A stretch of 64,000 nucleotides of DNA from Oscillospiraceae bacterium (GTDB taxonomy: Bacteria > Bacillota > Clostridia > Saccharofermentanales > Fastidiosipilaceae). The notes under the pieces were generated by a model that did not search any database, was not told the DNA's origin, and saw only the letters and a list, made by a program, of their open reading frames with translations. Made by a program: the position numbers and the translations under genes. This document shows, piece after piece, positions 1 to 9,921 of this stretch. Location of the stretch: NCBI GenBank assembly GCA_040766665.1, contig JAXGQD010000006.1, positions 83,093 through 147,092 of the forward strand, written 5' to 3'. Numbering within the stretch: position 1 is the first letter of the stretch; every line of letters begins with the position of its first letter.

Positions 1-1
1 C

Positions 2-250
2 AAAATTCTTGTTATTGTTCCGCCCCCGATTATTGAAACGGGTGATTATAAAACGACCTTTATTGGAGGCGCTGAGAAGTCAAAAGAGTTTAAACGAGAC
101 TTTGCTTTTATTGCCGAGCGCAATGCGTTTAATGTTTTCCAGACAGACTCATCCATTAAATCCAGTAATTTAGACGGCATTCATTTACCTCTTGAGCAGC
201 ATCAGATCTTAGGTAAATGCATAGCAGACTACATTAAAACATTGGGCTGA
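2..250 (+). CDS. SGNH/GDSL-family hydrolase, C-terminal fragment (5' end outside window)
   Basis: Open frame from the window edge to TGA at 248-250. Translation ...SSNLDGIHLPLEQHQILG... carries the DxxH (DGIH) block typical of SGNH hydrolases. Confidence 0.5.
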   Translation, partial: KILVIVPPPIIETGDYKTTFIGGAEKSKEFKRDFAFIAERNAFNVFQTDSSIKSSNLDGIHLPLEQHQILGKCIADYIKTLG

Positions 251-284
251 TGCGATAGAACGGAAAAATGAAAGGACCTCATCC

Positions 285-1319
285 ATGAAAAAAATGATGC
301 AGCAAGTGGTTACTGCACCCCACAAAATTGAATTCGTCGAGACAGACCTACCGGAAATGCGTGAGGGTTGTGTATTAATAAAAGTGATGCGGATGGGAAT
401 TTGCGGAAGCGACATTCATGTTTTTCATGGGCAACATCCATATACCAGCTACCCTATCACACAAGGACACGAAATTTCCGGCCTTGTCGTTGAAGTGGCT
501 GAAGATGTCAAACACATAAAAGCCGGTCAAAAAGTAACTATCGAGCCTCAAGTGGTCTGTGGAGAATGTTATCCATGTAGACATGGAAAGTATAATCTTT
601 GCGATAATCTGAAAGTCATGGGATTTCAGACAACCGGGGCGGCTAGTGAATACTTTTTAGTACATCAATCAAAAGTTGATGTCCTTCCTGATAGCATGAC
701 TTATGACGAAGGGGCGCTTATTGAACCACTTGCCGTTGTAGTACACGCGTGTCGTCAGGCCGGAGATGTTAAGGATAAAAATGTCATTGTCATTGGTTCA
801 GGACCTATCGGAGTGTTACTTATACAAACACTAAAAGCACTAGGCACAAAAACAGTGATGGCAACAGATATTTCAGACTATCGTTTGCAACTGGCTAAAT
901 CGAGTGGGGCAGATTTCGTATTCAATACTGAAAATGAAGATTTTGGAAAAGCGGTAATTGAAACCTTTGGTAAAGATAAGGCCGATTTGATTTTCGATTG
1001 TGCCGGTACGAACACCTCTATGGCTAACGCGATAGAGCACGCACGTAAAGGCAGCATGATCATCTTGGTCGCAGTCTTCGCAAAAATGGCTGAGGTCGAT
1101 TTGGCAAAACTAAATGACTCAGAAATCGATTTAAACTCGACTATGATGTACAGGCATGAAGATTACATCGACGCAATTCGCTTAGTGAGTGAGGGCAAAA
1201 TCAATCTTGAATCAATCATAAGTAAACATTTCGATTTTAAAGACTTTCAAAAAGCTTATGAGCATATCGATAATAATAAAGAAAGCACCATGAAGGTTCT
1301 AATCGACATCAATCCATAA
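285..1319 (+). CDS. Zn-dependent medium-chain alcohol/polyol dehydrogenase (sorbitol/threonine dehydrogenase-like)
   Basis: 344-aa ORF with GICGSDIH and GHE catalytic-Zn motifs, the structural-Zn cysteine cluster CGECYPCRHGKYNLC, and a GSGPIG Rossmann motif. Confidence 0.85.
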   Translation: MKKMMQQVVTAPHKIEFVETDLPEMREGCVLIKVMRMGICGSDIHVFHGQHPYTSYPITQGHEISGLVVEVAEDVKHIKAGQKVTIEPQVVCGECYPCRHGKYNLCDNLKVMGFQTTGAASEYFLVHQSKVDVLPDSMTYDEGALIEPLAVVVHACRQAGDVKDKNVIVIGSGPIGVLLIQTLKALGTKTVMATDISDYRLQLAKSSGADFVFNTENEDFGKAVIETFGKDKADLIFDCAGTNTSMANAIEHARKGSMIILVAVFAKMAEVDLAKLNDSEIDLNSTMMYRHEDYIDAIRLVSEGKINLESIISKHFDFKDFQKAYEHIDNNKESTMKVLIDINP

Positions 1320-1350
1320 AAGCTAGAAATTTTTACGGAAAATAGTAAAA

Positions 1351-1410
1351 AGCGGATAACACGTAGCTCTCAAAATACGATTTTGAAACGCTCGATTATC
1401 CGCTTTTCTT
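1351..1410. terminator. Candidate bidirectional terminator between convergent genes
   Basis: AGCGGATAA (1351-1359) pairs with TTATCCGCT (1396-1404). A nested TCAAAAT/ATTTTGA hairpin sits in the loop, and A/T runs flank both sides. The loop is long. Confidence 0.4.
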
Positions 1411-1459
1411 ACTGTTGCTTATTCCTTAAGGAACAAGTCCCCCAAACAGTAATCAGAAC

Positions 1460-1813
1460 TTATCTTTGTCCTTTTTTCATGCCGCTGCCGTCGAGAGGAC
1501 GAACACCGTCGTTGACACAATCAACACCTGAGCCATCACGCAGGCGCTGGCCGCCGCCATTCATACCGGCACCTCTTTGTCCTTGGCTGCCTTTTTGTCC
1601 TTTGCGTCCGCCTTGCATCTGGCCTGAACCGGCTCCTGCACCAGTGCCGTCAAGCGGTCTTTCTTGATTGAAATTCGGGCAATCTTCATTGACACAAATA
1701 CCTGTGCCTGTACCGTCACCAGGGCCGTTACCATAACCTGCAGCAGAAACGCCGCTGATGGAACCTGTAACTAAAACTAACGCTAAAGCTAAACTAACTA
1801 AACCTTTTTTCAT
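1460..1813 (-). CDS. Small secreted Gly-rich protein of unknown function
   Basis: ATG at 1813 is preceded by a GGAGG RBS. Signal peptide is MKKGLVSLALALVLVTGSISGVSA. The mature part is Gly-rich with three xLDG(T/S)G repeats and two CVN(E/D) motifs. I trimmed the longer ORF-track start. Confidence 0.6.
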   Translation of the reverse strand: MKKGLVSLALALVLVTGSISGVSAAGYGNGPGDGTGTGICVNEDCPNFNQERPLDGTGAGAGSGQMQGGRKGQKGSQGQRGAGMNGGGQRLRDGSGVDCVNDGVRPLDGSGMKKGQR

Positions 1814-1950
1814 GATAATAACCTCCGTAAGGAATTTTGTGTTTTTAAGGCCTTCACCTCTAATACGAAGCAGAGACGCTTTTCCTTGCACTCATGTAAA
1901 AAGATTTTGTAGGACTAATACTCTAATACGTCTAAGTCAAAACTAGATTC

Positions 1951-3219
1951 TTACCATAGATTTCCCGATGTATCAAAAGGAATGGGTTCAGCGCTACCGA
2001 TAATCTCAATATTCGGATTTTCCATGGCTTCATCTAGTAATGCTTCTGATATCCAGATGTGTTCGATATCTCTTGTATTCACTATGCGGATAACCCGAGC
2101 TTTTTCGGGTTTTTTACAAGAAGCGGTAATCAAACCCGCTGCTATGGCATCTTTATCACATTCCATAACCATGGGAATTTTTGCAGCGATGGGTTCCAGA
2201 CTGGTTAAAACATTTGGATAAGTCTTGGAAAAAATCATCTTTTTGAATAGACGATTAGTTGTAACATCAAAAGTTCCTACCCCGGTCGCGTTTCCCTGTG
2301 TTTCATCTGAAAGGTCTAAAACAATACGTCGAGTTGCTTTAATTCCACCTTTTTTGTATTGCGTAAGGAAAGCACCGGTAATGTTCGGATCTGCCCCATC
2401 GCCAGAGAAGTTTTTTCCGATTTTATCTACAATAAGTAAGTCGATTTCTGGAAATAGGATTGAACCCATAAGTGATTTTGCTTTTTCGAGCAACTTGGGT
2501 TCTTCAGATTCGATTTTTTCGGGTGGTACTATCTGAATGAATGCTGTTTCATCATAAGCGTTTTCAATTATTCCAACACCGAATAGGACTTCGGATTTCT
2601 CCAAGATGCATTTACCAATGTCATGGACCATATCAGACATGATGTCATAGCCTCCACCATGACAAATGCTGGCTCCATATTGCTTGCCCATTCCAATAGC
2701 CATCATTTTCATAAGACCACTCTCATATTTGCCAGTAAATGCTGTATGTGGCTTTATCCTTCCGACAACTATGATTCCTTCTGCTTTTGCCGCATGTTCA
2801 TCGATAAAGACCTCTATACCTTTTTCGGTCTTGCCTATTTGAATAACATTCATAGATGATTTAATGGGACATCCCATGGTTTTTTCGTTAATGGAATACC
2901 CCTCAAGAATATCTAATTGACCTTCAGCAGTTGCCCCGCCATGGCTACCCATTGCCGGAAAAATGAATGGCTTACATCCCTCAGATTTGCAATAGTCAAC
3001 AATGATTTTTAATATCTTGCTGATATTTGTGATGCCTCGACTTCCACCTGTAATGGCGATTGTTTGGCCTGTCTTCAACTTATGGCTGATTTTTAGATCC
3101 TCAAGCTGGGTAATCATTTCATGTTCATAATCAGACACACGTGGACGGGAAAAGATTTGCTTTACAGCAATCATTTTTGGAAGCTTAGTTTTTTGAACCA
3201 ACTGAGAATAGTACTCCAT
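1951..3219 (-). CDS. LarA-like (DUF2088 / lactate-racemase N-terminal domain) protein
   Basis: About 422 aa. Overall resemblance to nickel-pincer-dependent racemase/epimerase family members, recalled from memory. I chose ATG at 3219 because of the GAGGG RBS; the track start at 3231 is a GTG. Confidence 0.5.
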   Translation of the reverse strand: MEYYSQLVQKTKLPKMIAVKQIFSRPRVSDYEHEMITQLEDLKISHKLKTGQTIAITGGSRGITNISKILKIIVDYCKSEGCKPFIFPAMGSHGGATAEGQLDILEGYSINEKTMGCPIKSSMNVIQIGKTEKGIEVFIDEHAAKAEGIIVVGRIKPHTAFTGKYESGLMKMMAIGMGKQYGASICHGGGYDIMSDMVHDIGKCILEKSEVLFGVGIIENAYDETAFIQIVPPEKIESEEPKLLEKAKSLMGSILFPEIDLLIVDKIGKNFSGDGADPNITGAFLTQYKKGGIKATRRIVLDLSDETQGNATGVGTFDVTTNRLFKKMIFSKTYPNVLTSLEPIAAKIPMVMECDKDAIAAGLITASCKKPEKARVIRIVNTRDIEHIWISEALLDEAMENPNIEIIGSAEPIPFDTSGNLW

Positions 3220-3613
3220 GATATCCCTCACGCTAAACTGTCGTTTTCGTTAAGAAAACCAAACACAACTTTCAATGATTATATTATAAGAATCACCTTA
3301 TACTACATTGGTGCATGTGATTTTCATTGGTTTTTAATTGGCAAAGTGGTATAAAATAAACCAAAATGACGATTAAAATTTATTGATTTTAGGAATATTG
3401 CACTAATAATTTTGAATAATTCTGACAAGATGACTTAATTTCATTTTCAGGAACTCCATGACTGAGTTAAATTCAATTGACGAAAAAGACGCATCAACTG
3501 AAAATATTACTAGTTGTAATTTATAAATTGGGACTAACAAAATTGCGTTTTTGTTGTCAAATAGTCTAGATATCACTAAAACGATTAAAAGTTGTTCAGG
3601 CAAAAGGATTATT

Positions 3614-4331
3614 ATGACTACAAACAGGAAGATTAAAAAGAAGAAGTTATCAGACGAAGTCACGATAAAGTTTCGTGAGTTTATCGCCAGCGGTCGATTT
3701 GCACCGGGAGAAAAAATACCATCTGAAAGAAAGCTGGCTGATGAGATAGGTGTAAGCAGAACCGTCATTCGAGAAGCTCTTGTAAAACTTGTTGACCAAG
3801 GATATTTAAGAAAGGCAAACAGTTACTACTACATTAAAGAATCCAGTATAGAGACTTTGCTCAATATAGCATTGCTGGATTTTGAGCTTAATGATGATCT
3901 TGTGGTAGATCTTTTGGCTGTTAGGACCTTACTTGAACTTTATATAGCCAGCAAGGCGGCAGAACGAGCTACCCATGAAGACATTGCTCAAATGCAAATG
4001 TGTATCGACAAAATGAAAGAGCAATTGACGGAAGGTCATCTTGATTATGAAACTGAAACATCCTTTCATTATGCATTGACTAAAGCAGCCAAAAACAGGG
4101 TAATCGATAGCATTTATAGTCTCTGCGGAGAAATTCTATATAGCGCAGGTAAAAGCTCCTTTACGCAGCACAGAAAAAGGTATCACAATCAGCGCAGTTG
4201 AGGAGCACCAGGCCATACTGGATGCGGTAAAAGCCAAAGATGCAAAGCTGGCAGAAATGCAAATGCAGAATCATTTGCGCTATGCATCACACAATATCAT
4301 CTCAAATTTTAAGAAAAGCAAGAATGAATAA
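3614..4331 (+). pseudogene. GntR/FadR-family transcriptional regulator, frameshifted as assembled
   Basis: N-terminal GntR winged-helix region (SERKLADEIGVSRTVIREAL). The FCD-type C-terminus (..EEHQAILDAVKAKDAKLAEMQMQNHL..) continues in another frame to TAA at 4329-4331. The shift lies somewhere around 4150-4198, which includes an A5 run at 4174-4178. Confidence 0.75.
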
Positions 4332-4400
4332 ATCTGGAAATAAGGAGGAGTAATTTTTAGTACATTGGCAAAATCAACAAAATAGACGGAGGATCTTAGA

Positions 4401-5692
4401 ATGAAAAAATTTAAAGGATTAAAAAAGACCATTTCACTATTATGCGTTAGTACTTTATTGGCAGGTGTTTTAATGTCCTGCGGTGGAGCAGCAACGACCG
4501 TTACTACAACATCAGCAGCCGCCGCAACCGCAGCTGCCGGTGAAACTACAGCCGCTCCGGCAGCAGCTGGCGAAACAACTGCAGCCCCGGCAGCCGAAGC
4601 TGAAACAACCGCAGCTCAGGCAGCAACAGGTGAGCCTATTCTCATCGGTGTTTCAACAGCGATTACCGGTTCATCACCTTTAGACGGTGAGCGTACCAAG
4701 CAAGGCGTAGAGTTGGCAGTAAAAGAGATCAATGAAAAAGGTGGCGTTTTGGGTCGTCCCTTACAGCTTTTGATTGAAGATGACTAAAACCTCGCAAATA
4801 TCTCGGTCAACGTTGCAAATAAACTGCAAAGCCAAGATATTGTTGCACAACTAGGCCCACAAAAATCCGGAAATACAAAGGCGATTGAATCTATTAGCAA
4901 GAAGAACGGGGTTCCTTCCTTGTTGGCTCAACAAGCCCTTCATTGCTGGATTTCAATAATGAATATTTCTTTAGAATCCGCGCATCTGACAAATTAGTTG
5001 CACAAACTGCAGCGAAGTTTGCGGTTGAATCGCTCGGTGCAAAGAACATTGGTATTCTTTACAATAATGACGACTATGGCATGGGTGCAAAGAATGTTTT
5101 AGAAGCTTACTTGCAAGCACAGAATATCCCTTTCGTAGCAGAAGGCCATAATACCGGTGACAAAGATATGACCGGTCAAATTATGAAAATTAAAGATGCA
5201 AATGTTGATGCGATAGTATTATGGACACATGCCCCTGAGAGTGCAATCGTTGCTCGTCAGCTTGATGAATTAGTTCCTGATATCCCTGTCGTTGCAAGTC
5301 CAACTTACACAAACCAGGACTTCTTCAACTTGGTTGATGCTGCTGCAATCGAAGGTGACTACTCAATAGCGGATTTCTCTACCGATGAAGACACACCAGA
5401 GATGCAAGATTATGTTGCACGATTCAATGCAGCTTACAATGTTACCCCTGAACTCTTCAGCACCACATACTACCAAGGCATCTATATTTTAGCTGACGCC
5501 ATTACGCGTGCAGGTAGCACTGACCGTGAAGCGGTTCGCAAAGCACTTTCAGAGACCACAGGTTTCAAAGGTGTTATGAGTAATGTTGACTGCAATAGTA
5601 AGGGCGAAATGATTCACGAAGTAACAATTGTTCAACTCAAAGACAAAGTCCCTGTAATGAAAGAAAAAGTCACTTTTGATATAGAAGAATAA
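4401..5692 (+). pseudogene. Liv/HAAT-family ABC substrate-binding lipoprotein, with an in-frame TAA and a frameshift
   Basis: Lipobox LMSCGG followed by an Ala/Thr-rich linker and a LivJ-like domain. In-frame TAA at 4785-4787 (..LLIEDD*NLANISVNVANKL..). A frame change near 4914-4922 gives ..KKNGVP/FLVGSTSPSLLDF.. across the two frames. Confidence 0.8.
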
Positions 5693-5703
5693 TGTTTCTG
5701 GTA

Positions 5704-5739
5704 TTCGGGCAGGATTCTCCTGCCCGAATATTCATTTTT
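5704..5739 (+). terminator. Hairpin plus T-run between the binding-protein and permease genes (attenuator or terminator)
   Basis: TTCGGGCAGG (5704-5713) pairs with CCTGCCCGAA (5719-5728) around a 5-nt loop, followed by TATTCATTTTT. Confidence 0.55.
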
Positions 5740-5751
5740 CGGAGAAAACAT

Positions 5752-6630
5752 ATGGAGAATTTCCTACAGTTACTAGTGAGTGGAATTGCTTTTGCATGCA
5801 TATATTCACTTGTTGCTATCGAATATTCCGTCATCTACCAAGCTACAGGTTTGGTGAACTTTAGCCATGGTCAATGGATAACATTGGGAGCTTTTGTTTT
5901 TGGCGGAACGATGATAAAACAAGTGGGTTTAGGATATGGACTGGCAATTGTAGCCGCTCTTCTGCTAATGGCAGTCTTTGGTGCCGGTGTAGCCAGGGGC
6001 ATTTTTAATCCACTGAGACACCTGCCTTCTAATTTGTTTGTCGTTTTGGGGACTGTCATGCTCGGGAAAATTCTAACTGAGCTATGCAGAATTATTTGGG
6101 GTGCTTCGTCATTCCGAATAGAAGGATTCCTAAGCGGAACCATTAGGATCGGTGGGGTAATTTTCCCTGAAGTCTATCTTTGGGTTGTTGCTGTTTCAAT
6201 TGTCTTTTTAGTCGTGCAAGCTTATCTGTTTAGCAGTACGAAACTAGGCAAAGCGATGCGTTGTGTGGCCTCAGACCAAACAGCAGCAGCAATTATGGGG
6301 ATAAATGTAAATCAGAATATTATGATTACCGTTGCGTATAGTGCGGTGATTTGCGGAATAATCGGTATTTTGGTTGCGCCTATCTTTAATATTGACATCA
6401 ATATGGCCAATAGCATTTCGCTCAAAGGTTTTGCTGCGGGTGTCGTAGGTGGTTTTGGTACCATCGGTGGCGCCATTGTCGGTGGTTTGGTTATCGGAAT
6501 CCTTGAGAACATGTATTTATTAGCTGGCCCGGCAATTTACAAAGATATTGTTGCTTTTGTTGCTCTTATTTTCTTCTTGCTCATTAAGCCAACGGGCTTA
6601 TTGGGGAAAAATCAACGTAGAAGAAGTTAG
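5752..6630 (+). CDS. Branched-chain-amino-acid-type ABC permease (LivH-like)
   Basis: Polytopic membrane protein of typical LivH length. ATG at 5752 follows GGAGAA. Confidence 0.8.
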   Translation: MENFLQLLVSGIAFACIYSLVAIEYSVIYQATGLVNFSHGQWITLGAFVFGGTMIKQVGLGYGLAIVAALLLMAVFGAGVARGIFNPLRHLPSNLFVVLGTVMLGKILTELCRIIWGASSFRIEGFLSGTIRIGGVIFPEVYLWVVAVSIVFLVVQAYLFSSTKLGKAMRCVASDQTAAAIMGINVNQNIMITVAYSAVICGIIGILVAPIFNIDINMANSISLKGFAAGVVGGFGTIGGAIVGGLVIGILENMYLLAGPAIYKDIVAFVALIFFLLIKPTGLLGKNQRRRS

Positions 6631-6658
6631 ATTACGAGAAAACGAGAAAGGAAAAAAG

Positions 6659-7663
6659 ATGAATAAACGATTCAAACAAGTGCTTCCTATATTACTCGTG
6701 CTTGTAGTCGCATTGTTAATCCCGGTTATGACGAAGAACAATTACTATATTATGTTGGCTGATCAAGCCATCATAAATATCATTGCTGTGCTGGGATTGA
6801 ATTTTATTACTGGTTTGACTGGTCAAGTGAACTTGGGTATGGCAGGAACTTTTGCTGCAGGTGCTTATACGAGCGCGTTAATGTCGACACAGCTCGGCTG
6901 GAACAATTGGATAGGCGTATTTTGTTCTGTCATTGTGGGAATAATCGTAGGTTATGTTTTAGGCTATCCTAGTCTTCGCATTCGTGGTATTTATTTAACC
7001 TTAACGACGATTGGCTTTGGAGAAATAATGAGACTGCTTTTAACAAACTTGGCAGACATTACCGGTGGAACCCAGGGCGTCATTAGTATTCCCTCATTGA
7101 GTATTTTGGGCTATGAACTAAATACCTCATCAAAAATGTTTTACTTCTTGTTAGCTGTTTTGCTCATTATGGCGTGGATGGCTTCGAGAATTATTAACGG
7201 AAAATGGGGTCGCGCATTTAAGGCTGTCAGAGACAATGACACTGCAGTTGAGAGTGTGGGAATAAATATTTCAAAAGTGAAGCTCCGTTCATTTATCCTG
7301 TCATCAGCTTTTACTGCATTTGCAGGAGGTTTATATTCTCACCTTATGGGATATATTAATCCTTCGGATTTTACCTTTGATATGTCAACAAAATTCCTCA
7401 TGATGTTAATGCTGGGGGGCATCGGATCAATAGCGGGCTGCATTATTGGGGGAACTACCATCACCGTGCTACCGGAATTACTCAGATTCATGCAGGATTA
7501 TTATTGGCTTGTGTTTAGCGTAATTGTATTGTTCTGCATCATGGTGCTGCCTTACGGTATTGTATCAATCAAAGATTTGCCCATATTCAGAAAGCTCAGA
7601 AAAGGCGAAGAAGTGCTAGTCGCAGAAGGAGGATCCGATGAGGAAAGAAATCTTAAAAATTGA
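6659..7663 (+). CDS. Branched-chain-amino-acid-type ABC permease (LivM-like)
   Basis: Polytopic membrane protein. ATG at 6659 follows GAAAGGAAAAAAG. I trimmed the ORF-track start, which overlaps livH. Confidence 0.8.
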   Translation: MNKRFKQVLPILLVLVVALLIPVMTKNNYYIMLADQAIINIIAVLGLNFITGLTGQVNLGMAGTFAAGAYTSALMSTQLGWNNWIGVFCSVIVGIIVGYVLGYPSLRIRGIYLTLTTIGFGEIMRLLLTNLADITGGTQGVISIPSLSILGYELNTSSKMFYFLLAVLLIMAWMASRIINGKWGRAFKAVRDNDTAVESVGINISKVKLRSFILSSAFTAFAGGLYSHLMGYINPSDFTFDMSTKFLMMLMLGGIGSIAGCIIGGTTITVLPELLRFMQDYYWLVFSVIVLFCIMVLPYGIVSIKDLPIFRKLRKGEEVLVAEGGSDEERNLKN

Positions 7664-8417
7664 AGGGCTGACTAAACACTTTGGCGGTTTGGTAGCTGTC
7701 GACAATCTTTCCTTTACGGTCTATGAAAAGAGTATACACGCATTAATTGGACCCAACGGATCCGGAAAAACGACAACTCTTAATATGGTCGCGGGAGAGT
7801 TAAAGAGAACGAGTGGCAGTATATATTTTGAAGGTCAGGACATCACCGGGCTCCCTTCATATCAAATTTCCAGATTGGGTATCAGCAGAACGTTTCAGAA
7901 CATTAGGCTCTTTAGTAGCATGACTTGCCTGGAAAATTTGATGATTGGCTTACAGAGGAAGTACGATAGCGGTGTTATTGACTTTATGGTCAATATTCCA
8001 AGAGCAAATAGAGAAGAAAAAGAGTTGCAAGAAAGAGCAGACGAGATGTTAGCTTTTTTAGGGATGTCTCACTTGCGCGATGAACGTGTGCGAAATCTCC
8101 CATATGGAAATCAGAAAATTCTCGAGCTGGGTAGAGCACTCATGCCTAATCCGAAACTTATATTGCTTGACGAACCGGCAGCAGGCTTAAACCCTGTTGA
8201 GCGAAGCGGTTTTATTAATTTGCTAAAAAGAGTCAATGAAAACGGAATCACGTTACTACTTATCGAACACAATATGGACGTTGTTATGTCGATTAGTGAA
8301 TGTCTTACGGTATTGAACTTTGGCAAAAAAATCGCAGAAGACGGACCGCGTGAAATACAGAACAACGATACGGTTATTCAGGCGTATCTTGGTTCGCGCT
8401 ACAAAAAGAAGGATTAG
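7638..8417 (+). CDS. ABC transporter ATP-binding protein (LivG-like)
   Basis: Walker A GPNGSGKTT, an LLDEPAAG-type Walker B, and a GGAGG RBS. Confidence 0.9.
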   Translation: MRKEILKIEGLTKHFGGLVAVDNLSFTVYEKSIHALIGPNGSGKTTTLNMVAGELKRTSGSIYFEGQDITGLPSYQISRLGISRTFQNIRLFSSMTCLENLMIGLQRKYDSGVIDFMVNIPRANREEKELQERADEMLAFLGMSHLRDERVRNLPYGNQKILELGRALMPNPKLILLDEPAAGLNPVERSGFINLLKRVNENGITLLLIEHNMDVVMSISECLTVLNFGKKIAEDGPREIQNNDTVIQAYLGSRYKKKD

Positions 8418-8425
8418 GTGGCAAG

Positions 8426-9136
8426 ATGTTGAATGTAAAGAACGTGAACGTTTTTTATGGGCAAGTACAAGCAATACATGATGTCTCTTTCAATGTCGGT
8501 GAAGATGAGATTGTTTCGATTATTGGTGCTAACGGGGCCGGTAAATCTACTTTAATGCGTACCATACTTGGCTTGAATAAAACGGTTGGTGGCAGCATCG
8601 AATTTAACGGCAAGGACATAACAAATTTACCAACACACGATATCGTTCGAGAAGGAATCATTTATGTTCCTGAAGGAAGAAGAATATTCTATGACTTAAC
8701 GGTTGCAGAGAACCTGGAAATGGGAGCTTATTCAAGGAAAACAAACAAAGCCGAGATGGCCGAAGACATGGAAATGGTCCACAAAATGTTTCCACGCTTA
8801 GAGGAGAGGATGAAACAATTGGGTGGTACTCTCTCCGGAGGTGAGCAGCAGATGTTAGCTATTGCCCGTGCGCTCATGGCTCGACCTAAGTTGCTAATGT
8901 TCGATGAGCCATCCTTGGGACTGGCTCCGGTTATTGTCGAAGAAATGTTTGCAATCATCGAAAGAATCCAGGCTGAACAGCACATTCCTATGGTTTTAGT
9001 TGAACAAAATGCGCAAATGGCAATGTCCATCAGTCAGCAAACCTATGTTATGGAGGTCGGTAAAGTTCGCTTTAGCGGTCCAAGTTCAGAGCTGATTGAT
9101 ATGCCTGAAGTTAAGAAAGCTTATTTAGGCGGGTAA
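8426..9136 (+). CDS. ABC transporter ATP-binding protein (LivF-like)
   Basis: Walker A GANGAGKST, signature LSGGEQQ, Walker B LLMFDEPS. Confidence 0.9.
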   Translation: MLNVKNVNVFYGQVQAIHDVSFNVGEDEIVSIIGANGAGKSTLMRTILGLNKTVGGSIEFNGKDITNLPTHDIVREGIIYVPEGRRIFYDLTVAENLEMGAYSRKTNKAEMAEDMEMVHKMFPRLEERMKQLGGTLSGGEQQMLAIARALMARPKLLMFDEPSLGLAPVIVEEMFAIIERIQAEQHIPMVLVEQNAQMAMSISQQTYVMEVGKVRFSGPSSELIDMPEVKKAYLGG

Positions 9137-9152
9137 TCTTAGGAGATAGAAA

Positions 9153-9890
9153 ATGATTGGAAGACTAGACGGTCAAACAGCGATTGTCACTGGTGCCGCA
9201 AGGGGAATCGGACTCGCTGTTGCAGATTTACTGTGCTCTTTTGGGGCAAAATGCTATATCGCAGACATCCTTTTTGAAGCAGCAGAACAGGCTGCACAAT
9301 CATTAAATGCTAAGGGGTATTCTGCAAAACCATTACTAATTGATGTAATAAGCCAGGACTCAATAAACACGGCCATGGCAAGCGTGTTTGAGGAAGACCG
9401 ACGTATCGATATTTTAGTCAATAATGCCGGAATAATTGATAACACACCCATACCTGATATGACCATCGAGCTCTGGGAAAGGGTCATTCAAATCGATTTG
9501 CGCGGGACTCATCTCTGTTCGCAAGCTGCTTTAATCTATATGAAACAAAGAAAGTACGGACGCATTATCAATATGGCTTCCCAAGCCGGACAGCTTGGTG
9601 GTTGGAAAGCAGGTGTGGATTACAGTGCAGCAAAAGGGGGTGTCCTTGCCCTAACAAAAGCATATGCTAGGCACGCAGCTCCCTATGGAATCAACGTGAA
9701 TGCGGTCTCCCCCGGCTTTATCACAACCGAAATGACTGCCGGCAGAAATGATGATGCGGAATCAGTCCCATTAAAACGGCTTGGTACAGCCTTAGATGTT
9801 GCGAAAGCGGTTTACTTTTTGTCAGGTGATTTGTCGGATTATATTACCGGATTCACTCTTGATGTAAACGGTGGTTATTTTATGCATTGA
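9153..9890 (+). CDS. Short-chain dehydrogenase/reductase (FabG-like)
   Basis: TGAARGIG cofactor motif, NNAG, and the YSAAK catalytic motif. Confidence 0.85.
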   Translation: MIGRLDGQTAIVTGAARGIGLAVADLLCSFGAKCYIADILFEAAEQAAQSLNAKGYSAKPLLIDVISQDSINTAMASVFEEDRRIDILVNNAGIIDNTPIPDMTIELWERVIQIDLRGTHLCSQAALIYMKQRKYGRIINMASQAGQLGGWKAGVDYSAAKGGVLALTKAYARHAAPYGINVNAVSPGFITTEMTAGRNDDAESVPLKRLGTALDVAKAVYFLSGDLSDYITGFTLDVNGGYFMH

Positions 9891-9921
9891 ACAAAAGAAA
9901 TTTGAACTACTGGAGAAGAGG

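Noticed and set aside
1383-1667. 94-aa Pro-rich ORF on the plus strand
   Set aside because: It is the antisense reading of the Gly-rich secreted-protein gene (GGN codons read as NCC). The minus-strand gene has the signal peptide and RBS.
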